A program made the position numbers and the translations under genes. Positions 54,775-64,000 of a stretch of 64,000 bases of DNA are shown here, in pieces. The DNA is from Psilocybe cubensis (taxonomy: Eukaryota): positions 620,001 to 684,000 of the forward strand of contig CM039005.1 in the NCBI GenBank assembly GCA_017499595.2. Direction: 5' to 3'. The stretch's first letter is position 1, and the number at the start of each line of letters is the position of its first letter. The notes under the pieces are model-generated. The model worked only from the letters and a program-made list of their open reading frames with translations. It searched no databases and was not told the origin of the DNA.

Positions 54775-55076
54775 TGATTGGCAAGTCATCGAGGCGGAAG
54801 GTTTTAGTAGTTTGACGCAGAGGAAACTCTTTAAATTTGCGACACTATGACAAAAAATGCAATTTGTTGTTTTCACCAAAAATGCGGACGGCTTTGAATC
54901 GTCTCCTGAATAAGCGCGCCCAAAATTGCCTCTTATTCACACAACATAATTCAGACCTTGAGAACGGCAGTGCCTACAAACCCCAAATTTGCGCAGATTC
55001 AGATGATGATAATGATATCGATGAAAAAACAAAAGTAAACCACACACCAAAACATAGAATACACCATTATTTAGTA

Positions 55077-58000
55077 TTACAAGTAATCGAATATGCACAC
55101 TTGAATCGCATCATTCTGGCTTCCGTTTGCACATTGCCTGCCCCAAGAACAGCAGCGCCCAGTAACCAGACAAAAGCTTATTCTGTGCGATGAAAAGTCG
55201 CCCAGGGAAATGAGAGTACGCTTGGGCAAATTACTCCCGGCACGCTCGGGTTGGCGGATGGCTGCAAGTCGGGTACTGGGATGCTCACGAATTCGACGCT
55301 CGTTGCCTCGGAAGTGTCTTGCAGAGCGATTCTTTGGTGACAGAGTTGCAGGGGGCTTGTCTTCAGCGCTGACACACGGTCAGCGTAAGAACTGCTTTCC
55401 CAATCGAGCCTGGCACAGACGGGCATACAGAAATCAGCGTGGCTGCTCGCGTGCGTGCGTTTTTGCGTGTGCCTGCGTGACACGCATTTTTGCGCAACAA
55501 CTATGTTCTGCACGCATATTGCTGTGTTCTGCACGCAATGTCACAACGGTGTCACACATAGGGTTGTATCATTTCTCTTTAGTACTCTTTTATTTCGTGC
55601 GTAAGGATGATGGTGGATGCTGTTGTACTGTATTGTTTCAAATGCAATTGATATATCTTTAATGCGCTGCGGCCACACTTGCCTAATTCTTGCCGTGATT
55701 GCATTTGGATTAATTAGTAGTCATCTATTCAGCAATCTATGACACACAGAGGTCATTCCTGTGTTCTTTTGACTCCGGTATTAATAAACTGCAATAAAGC
55801 ATTACTAGTACTGCTGGCACGTCCTAAAACACAAGATGGCTTGGCATGCCGTTTTTCTCGGCGTGTCCCCCGAACCAATCTCCGACAGACAAAGCAACTG
55901 TCGGCATTGCAAGTTGTAACCGGCAACCGTTTATGTTCGGTGATGTCCGATCACGTCACCAAGCCTGTGAACTTGGGCGAAAAAAAAAAACTGGACATAT
56001 ACATTTTGCGTCAGTAAACAACAAAGAGCGTGACAACACAGCACGCTAATCGCACTCAGATGTACGCATCCGACACGCAAGCAGCACGCGACCTACTTTC
56101 CCACGTGCACGCGAGGACGCGCGATGACACGCGATGACACGCGACCTTATTAAATGCGTGTAATTGACACGCAAACACTTGTAGTTTGCACGCAATGGTC
56201 CCGCAGGTAAGTTCTTCTCGCACGCCAGTACGAACTTAGGCGTTTTCGAGTTGAACCACTTTTGTAAAATATATTCAATCAAAATCTCACTGCAGGTCCC
56301 AGAGATGTTTGCGAAGAGACAATGTTAGAGCGGCTTTCACCCACGTAATGTATCAATGGTGTAGTTTAGTTGGACAACAATTTATATCCACAAAACATTA
56401 AATATTGCAGATTTCGAACGTCACCGATTGAGTTTGTGGTTTGGTGTGAGACTTTCCCATACTCAAACCTTGGATGGAGTGGTGGTGGCACCCTTTATAA
56501 CTGTGTTAATGCTGTTTGAATCCAAATGTGTTATGGGTGTCCACATGAAATAATATATTCCAGAATTAAATGAGAAGGGATCAACTATACGACGCCTGTC
56601 TATGATGTTGTTTCATCAGGCCCTTAAAAATCTGCACAAAGCTCGTGAGGAGGGAGTTCACTCCCTCCCCAGGAACTCATATTATTATCCAGAAGACCAC
56701 TATTGACAATTAAACCTGTTATCAAGTATGAGAAGCAAATTTTAATTGACGAGTATAGTACCTTAATAAACTCTAAACGACTTTAGAACAAAGTCCCAAC
56801 CCAATGCTTATTATAACTAGATAGGTAATATGTAATACTCCTGGCAGTACTTAGTATACCATGCTAGATGTGAAATTTATGCTGAAATATGCACGCAAAG
56901 AACACGCTACATCAATGACGCTGCACGTATTTCAATTACATGCACACGCAAGGTTTGACAACTTGCACGCAAACTCAAAAGAAAGTCACGCAAATTTACC
57001 GAATGCCATTTATGCGTGCCACGCAAAAATAGGTCGCACGCGGGCAAGCCACGCTCTTTTCCTGGTGCCCCGCACAGACAGAGGCCGCGCCGCGGGATGT
57101 TTCATTGTTATTGAATTTTGAGACGATCATTTCATCGATGCCGGAATCAGTGCCATACAGGGAGAGCAGGCGTTGAGGGGCCTGTTGATCAGCACCAGAC
57201 CACCCCCGTGGCAGCTCCTGCGTTTTGACGCCCTTTACGATCCGATCTAGTGCGCCTGCAAACGGAAGCAGCTGAGTGCTAGTCGGTGGGGTGGGAGGGG
57301 TGTTACGCCTAAAGAACAACGTTTGCTTCCATTTCTCCCGTTCCGGGAGATCCCACAGGAAGGTCTCGTTGGTGCCAAAGCGCGTACCTATAACACAGTC
57401 GTCCTTGATAATACACTATGCAAAGTTAGTGATTTGGTTTAATCGCAAGAACATGGTACTAGAACACGCACTGCACCAATGATAATTTTTCCTGTATGTA
57501 TAGTCGCCGTCTTCTCCTCGATAAAGTCCCAGACAACAATGTGACCAACACCGGGTGACGTATACTCGTCAAAATAACGGAACCGGGGTTGAATCACCAG
57601 GCGCGAGATGGAGATAGAGAGGACAATTTGGTTTCCATGAATGCCAACAAACTTGAAATTGCACTCCTCCGAATTGCCATCCGTGTCGATGTCCAGACAG
57701 GTGACGTACTCGAATTTAGGATTCGGGGATTCGGGATAGATTTCCAAAATGACGATTCTAGGTTGGTCAAAATCTGACCACTAAAATTGCCAATTTGGGT
57801 ACCTACTGCCACGTAGAAATGACCAAAAATCTGATACCGCGCCCGTCCGCTGTGGGCGCGATTTTGTGTCTGCAGACATATTTGTGTTCATAGATGTACT
57901 CTGCCAATATGACCTGAGCCTCCGCGCCGCCGGGTCTCCCAAGGTCCCATAGCTTGATATATGTCCGGTTGTCGTGATACATTGGAGACACCGTAAACAG

Positions 58001-58469
58001 ATACCTTCCTCCCGGCACCAAAGTAATGTCAGAGAATTCTGGCTGATCATACCCGAATATATGCGCATCCATCAATTGTTTGCTTTGAATTTCGTTGTTT
58101 GACATTGGTCCTTGGAGGACGCGATTCCGACTGGGCACCAAAGGCTTTGTAGGCGAGCTATCAGACAAAAACATAGAGGGAAACAAGGAGAAGCGCTCCA
58201 AGTCCAAGGTAGACATTGAATCCTGGTCGAACGGAAAGCTAAACAAGCCCTCTTCTCGGACGCGTTTGGCGAGAGTGTTGTACCAAACACTCCGGTGCTT
58301 GGATGCAAGATAAGCCTTTTTATTTGTCTTTCACAACTGTTAGTCTTTCTTTTATTGTAAAAAGGGGGTCATGCACCATTCTGACGCTCATAATGTCCCT
58401 TGGGGCCAAGAAGAGAAGGATATTGACGGTGTCTTCTTGACTGAGTTTGGAGAACGAACCCCTGGCCAT
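55077..58469 (-). pseudogene. F-box-like gene A, interrupted by the 55421-57071 element
   Basis: MARGSFSKLSQEDTVNILLFLAPRDIMSVRM|TNKKAY...LVPGGRYLF...KLWDLG. Resumes past the insertion as ASVCARLDW...LQLCHQ and ends FCLVTGRC...IFDYL* in a shifted frame. Confidence 0.75.
55421..57071. mobile_element. Non-autonomous TIR DNA element (~1.65 kb) inserted in an F-box gene
   Basis: Direct repeat GCACAGAC at 55413-55420 and 57072-57079. Imperfect TIRs GGGCATACAGAAATCAGCGTGGCTGCTCGCGTGCG / GGGGCACCAGGAAAAGAGCGTGGCTTGCCCGCGTGCG. Many internal CACGC motifs. Removing the element restores the host reading frame. Confidence 0.85.
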
Positions 58470-58929
58470 TATCATTGGCCTGCAGCTGGGATTCTTCTAG
58501 TTTAGATGACTCACATTTTGAGAAGTACCGTTAGGTAGCTTGTATACAAAATGGTACATACATCGAACTTGGGTAGCATTGAAGTATCTGGGACCTGTAA
58601 CCAACTTTTTTTTACTCCGCTGCAACTCCGCTGACGCTTTCTGTATCAATCACGTGGCATTTACCCCCTATGTTTTACTGAACGCGAAACTAACTCCTCT
58701 GTCCTGCAGGCTCAAAATATTTTGAGGCCCTGGGAGTCTAGCAAGAAGTAATTTTCACCGTTGTAAAGATCTCTTAAGGGTCAAAATTAACTTATGTAAT
58801 TTTCATTGTTGTCTTAATGATTGTGATCAAGCATTTAACTACTCCGTCGCAAATCAGATTCAAGCAAAGTGTATATTTTTGGGTTTAAACAGACGTAGGC
58901 AAATGACAAGAAAATGATTAACATAGTAT

Positions 58930-60597
58930 CTACATATCGAAAATCCAAACTTTGTCTGGAAAAACCCTGTTTCCCTTAGTAATACGACGTCTCCTCCAGG
59001 CCAGGCAGCGTCCAGTCGCCAGACAAAATCTCACTATACATCTGGTTTGAACCCATCCATCGAAAACGATATGATATTCGGGACGATAACCTTGGCTGAT
59101 GGTTGGTCGGGTATAGGTATTCCAGCAAGATGGACATAACCCGGAGATGTAGCTTGCAGTGTAATAATATTCTGATGGCATAATTGCAGCGTGTCCGAAA
59201 TTTGCATACGAGGATGATTACCCCAAACGATCTTTGCATGGATGAGCGGGGATGTGGTCGAGTCGTCGTTAATTGTAAACAGTGCCGTTCCAGTTGTAGC
59301 AGCGTCGACTTCCCATGTCCGCAGTTGGAGAACTTTGGGATCAGAATACCACCCCTGATCTGGAGATAGTGTTATGATATCTTGTCTCACATCAAAAGGG
59401 GGTCTCCTTTCATCAGAATGAGAGTGGATAAACAGGGGAATGGTTATTGGCTCAGTGAGGCTGAGATCGAAACCGGTTACTGGTTGCAATTCTGGGATAC
59501 CCCACACATACACCCGATCCTCCTGCAACGAAATAACCGAGTTGCCTCTGATGGCACACTGCACGTTTTGTAAGTTAAACGGAATCTGCAATCTGCAAAT
59601 TATATCAGACTACGCACTGCTTTATGGAACTCGCTTCCGGTATGGATCACTCCAACTTGATCTTCAATGAAGTCCCAGACAAATATATAGCCCAGATACC
59701 GTACAGGCGGGCTAGGCTTAAATGTGAGGAGTTTGACAGAAACCGAGCTGACAATACGATCTCCATGGATTCCGATAAATTCTACGTCGCTCTCGCTGCC
59801 ATATATAAGGCTAATGGACCTTTTGAGCTCGAAGGCGGGATTCAAATTTTCAGGATATATTTCAAAAACAAAAATACTTGTCCGGCTTGTCAACGTTCCA
59901 TAATATATTTAACGAATACGCAAACTTACTACCAAGTACAGGCCATCGCAAGCCTGATTCCCCGTCCATCCTCAATTGGCGCAGTTTTGACTTCCCAAAT
60001 ATCTAACTCGTAATGGATATACTGTGCCAAAAGCTTGATTTGAGTGTCTTGAGTACCGGGTCTTCCAATGTCCCATAGCTTGACATAAATTTGTTTGTCC
60101 GGATACATTGGGGAGACACTGAAGATAAATCGTCCTCCAGGCACCACTGCTATATGTTGGAACCATTTTCCAAAATCTTCATCATCTTCCGAAATTTCCT
60201 CCCTACTTTCCATTTCTTCATCACCCACTGGGCCATCAAAGACTCATTTTAAAGAAGGAACTTTAGGCGGCTGCGTGAGACCCGTGGGTTCACAAAGAAG
60301 CGCTTGTGGAAAAACAGATGCGCTCTCCAGATCGGCGGTAGACATCGCATCACGGTCATAGGGGAAACCAAGTATTTTCTCTTCGCGTGTACGATTTCCG
60401 AGTGCCTCATACCAAACTACTCGGTACTTAGACGCGAGATACGCGGTTTTATTCGTCTATTGTCAACTTAGTCTTAATAAAATTGCATTAGAGGGATTAC
60501 ACACCAATCTGAGGCTGATTATGTCTTTGGGAGCCAGATATAAAAGAATATTGGCGATGACATCTTCGTTGAGTTCAGAGAACGACCCCCTTGACAT
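58930..60597 (-). pseudogene. F-box-like gene B (tandem paralog of A) with an in-frame stop
   Basis: MSRGSFSELNEDVIANILLYLAPKDIISLRL|TNKTAY...; TGA at 60244-60246; VVPGGRFIF, KLWDIG, LQLCHQ, FCLATGRC. Confidence 0.75.
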
Positions 60598-60712
60598 GGT
60601 TGGTAAGGAGTCGATGGCAGATTTGAGGGCAAACAACGACTTGCCTCTCTGAAAATTTAGCAGGTCACTGTCACCGCTGGCGCTCATGCATATTTTCAAG
60701 GAAAATATGACC

Positions 60713-60844
60713 CAGTAATTATGTTTCCTAAATTTTTTTGACGTATTTTATTGGAATATAGGCTTCGGGCTTCCCTAATTGGGTAACCCCGGGCTCTATA
60801 TACAAGAAAAATACGTCAAAAACCAACAGGAAACATAATTACCG
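60713..60844. repeat. ~130-bp imperfect foldback (MITE-like hairpin)
   Basis: Arm GTAATTATGTTTCCT..TTTTTGACGTATTTT..TATAG..CCC pairs with its imperfect reverse complement around a TAATT loop. Confidence 0.75.
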
Positions 60845-61400
60845 ATACATATTTTTCTATCAAATATGTATCAGCGCCAGCAGTGTGTGACGCTGCTAAT
60901 GATCGCGCACCCGCGTATGTCACGTCATATGATAGGGTGACCGTGGCGTCCACCATCATGGGACCACGCTGCCCATCCAACTTTGGTGTCTGTTTGTCAT
61001 GTGGAACCATGTAGGTTTTCTATCTATCAAGTACGACGGCTATACTAGTAGTTTATTACACGTATCATTTCTACCAATTACGCACCTTGGGTTCCCTTCC
61101 TCCCGAAAAAAGTGTAGGTTATTCTACCTCGGCCATCCATAAAATAAGTAGCGAAATCTCTAGAATACAATCGAGACCATGTAAAGAATCTAACAACTCT
61201 AAGAAAATAACCAAACTAGTGGCGGAATAGTTCATAGAGGTAGCGCGAAATGCGTGTGTGTGTGAAAGAGAAGACAGCTCTTCCACTTCTACATAAAATT
61301 ACGAACAAATAGAACAAGTACCGACAAAACTAAGGGGAATCAACGAATAGAGTAGAAAAAATGAACAGTTAAAAAAACCCGATTAAACACCAGAGAGGTT

Positions 61401-64000
61401 TCAAATGCGAGCACTAGAAGCCGTAACGTCCGACGTGTAGAACGAATCACCTCCAATACAGCTACTATCATTATCCTTGTTCTCGTTCTCGTTCTCGACA
61501 TCATCATACGACATCATTGACATGATCGACATCGACATCGACACGGACGGCGATATCCTCGACCCCAGGCCATTAATTCCAGTGTTACGACGCCCTCCTA
61601 GAAGAGATGCAGGCAGGAGATTCCGCCCCACAGTAGACCTATGAACAGGAACACTATCTTCATAGCCACCACCAGCAGCAGCAGCAGATCGAGACGGCGG
61701 AACCAGCCTCAGCGTCGAATCAGGCGCCCACATCCGGAAATCCAAATCCAGCTCAAGGTTTTTGGGAATACTGATGTTGACCTCTTCTGGGCAGTCCTCG
61801 TCGTCGTCGTCGTCGTCGTGAGAAACACCGCGTTCGTGGTGTTGCTGGGGCCCCTTATCATGCTCTCCATCATGTTCGTTTTCATGTTGCCGTTTTGCCC
61901 CAGCAACACGTTGTCCATGACCACGCACGCTGCCGTTATTACCCTTCACATTCCCAACCCCATTGCTCTCCACACTAACCAGTGTAGCAGGAGTAAAAGG
62001 CCCCGATGAATCTGGGCTAGCCTCTGAGTGGTTTTCCTGGTCACGGTGTGCATTTCGACCCATATGAATACCCTCACGTACACCACGACACTCTCGATTC
62101 CTTCCATCCTCCATCGAAGGTGAATTTGAACACGAATTCACAGGGTTGGGATTGACCAATGCCATCGGAGACGGGAGGCTATCAGGCGGGGAAAATATCC
62201 AGCTAGGAGAGCGATACATATCGCGAATGAACGTCGCATTCCCAACCTCTCTCGCTCTTGGCGTCGGCATTGATAACACAGTAGGTGTCCCCTGGGACGC
62301 TGGGGCCTCCAAAGATCCGTGCTGAGGATTTGACAAAGACATCACAGAACAGCCCCCCGACGACTCCTGTTTCGCACCTCCATTCTTCGCCTTCAACCCC
62401 ACCCTCTGTGCCTGCCCCAGCCCAAGTCCACGATTTAAATTCAGACTCAGAGCATTCGTAATCCCCCCATGGAAAAATTGATTACAACTTGGTGCAAACG
62501 ACCTCACCGACACCTTGGATGGCACGCCCGATGGGATATTATACGTGAACCCAATCCCGCTCCCGCTTTGCTGTATCCCCATTGGTAGATCATCGATCCT
62601 CTCTGCATGGCGAGATTTTGAACCTCCTTGTCCTTGTCCTTCATGTCCTTGTCCTTGCCCATGGCCATGTCCCTGTCTCAAAGCCCCACTCGACTTCGGC
62701 TTTTGCTTCAACCTCTTTTGAAACGACGCCGTGCTCAGACTAAACAACCTCTGCGCATGGATCGCCGAGCGATACTTCCTCAGCTTCGGCACCTTGCCAT
62801 GCGTAAACGGGATATTATTGCTCGAGCCGCCAAACTCCTGCTCCGTCACAATAGACACGGACGACTGCTGTTCCTCTTGGTCAAGCTCTGCCCAAAATCG
62901 CGATACTTTGTCCGTTGGCCGAATCTGCGCATGCACAGGAGGAGGTTGCTGGCGTTGCTCTACGCCCAAGGACACGGTCGCGGAAAGAGACATCGAGGTT
63001 TCATCGCGCTCAGATTCCACATGTCCTGTACTCGCAGACAACGAAACAGGTTCATCGTCCTCGTGCAAAGCCTCTGCAATTGTTGAGATAGAAAGCGGCC
63101 TAAAGATCTCAGATGCGTTCGCTAGTTCCGAAATAGTAATCCGGCTCCTCGCGTTCGAAGTACCCGTCGGCGTCGTCGCAGGGTGGATCAGATTCCTTGA
63201 GAACGCAGGAGGGAATGCCACCTCATTCACAGATGGCGCATCCCGTTGATGTGAATCAGATTGGGTCTGAAAAACTGCACGGTCGACTTCCATTGCTGTT
63301 CGTCGAAACGAGGGTGCTAGACACGGATCAGCTATTGCCACACAGAAGATCAAACTATAGACAAACCATCAACTTGTTTAGCAGCGACCTGGTCCCAGTC
63401 ACTATCCTCAGATTAATTTGACATTGAGTTCAAAATGCGAAATGAAGCAACGCACACAAGCGCAAAATAACCATGAGATTTGATCTTCTCCATGGACCAC
63501 CTAAGAGACGGATTTCGTTGCAAACACTATTCGTTATGTAGCAATCAGATTTATCCTTATACACGCCAAAATATCTCACCTTTGTTATCAAATCTCTAGC
63601 CATGGGATGGACGAGTCTCAAAGATTCTGTAGGGACCGAAAATACCACCACGCGATCATACAACCAGCGAGGATCATCAGCAACGTCCCGCTCTCCGTAC
63701 GGATGCTACATAGCCGTCACGCCACCCATAAACATCCGCGTAGGAGACAGAAAAGAGGCTCACGCACCGTGCCAAACATCATAAAATAACACAACATCCC
63801 AAAGGACCAGCAGTCCACCGCCGAATCCAGCTCCCACCCAAGGAAAATCTCTGGTGCGCGGAACTCGCTCATCGTATCTCCAAAGCCGACATTGCACGAC
63901 ACGCCATGTGGGCGGGTGGTCTGGGGGAACGACTCGGCGCGGGAGAAGTGGGTGATCACGATGTGGCCGTCGGTGTCGAGAGAAACGGAGCGAGGGTCGA
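61401..64000 (-). CDS. 3' part of an AGC-like protein kinase-fold gene (probable pseudokinase) with a long low-complexity C-terminal exon; starts beyond the window
   Basis: DPRSVSLDTDGHIVITHFSRAE...RAPEIFLG...AVDCWSFG...|HPYG...ARDLITK|CLQRNPSLR...IKSHGYF|DWDQV|APSF, then the 61401-63353 ORF. Confidence 0.8.

Noticed and set aside
55203-57064. Alternative element boundary at CAGGGAAATGAG (55203)
   Set aside because: 55203-55420 encodes F-box sequence homologous to paralog B; the TSD places the end at 55421.
928-60597. Functional ubiquitin gene cluster (RAD6 plus F-box genes)
   Set aside because: The F-box genes are disrupted and ~20 kb away, and SCF ligases typically use Cdc34/Ubc4; the proximity is probably chance.

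Overview
Eukaryotic, intron-rich fungal DNA, most likely an agaricomycete (short ~50-nt GT-AG introns, CTRAC branch points, KDZ transposon, CYP64-clan-like P450). (1) Positions 1-~36,600 are a head-to-tail tandem array of a ~8.2-8.5 kb unit: four units plus a truncated fifth. The period is exactly 8476 bp up to 21,978, after which copies are diverged and mosaic. Each unit carries an intact RAD6/UBC2 E2 gene. Each full unit also has two TATA-led, heavily spliced transcription units with no conserved reading frame. One is a minus-strand array of 12 copies of a conserved ~25-nt hairpin motif, each followed by a variable segment and separated by canonical introns. The other is a plus-strand ~11-intron unit running antisense into the RAD6 3' end. 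(2) ~36,669-50,362 is a ~13.7 kb CxC2-KDZ (Kyakuja-Dileera-Zisupton) transposon with imperfect inverted termini and five spliced genes. (3) The rest holds a P450 with an apparent GA-AG intron in its heme motif, a small secreted protein with two 6-Cys repeats, and two disrupted F-box-like paralogs (one split by a 1.65 kb TIR element with a TSD). It also holds a foldback element and a partial pseudokinase. All gene models were spliced by eye; no searches were run.
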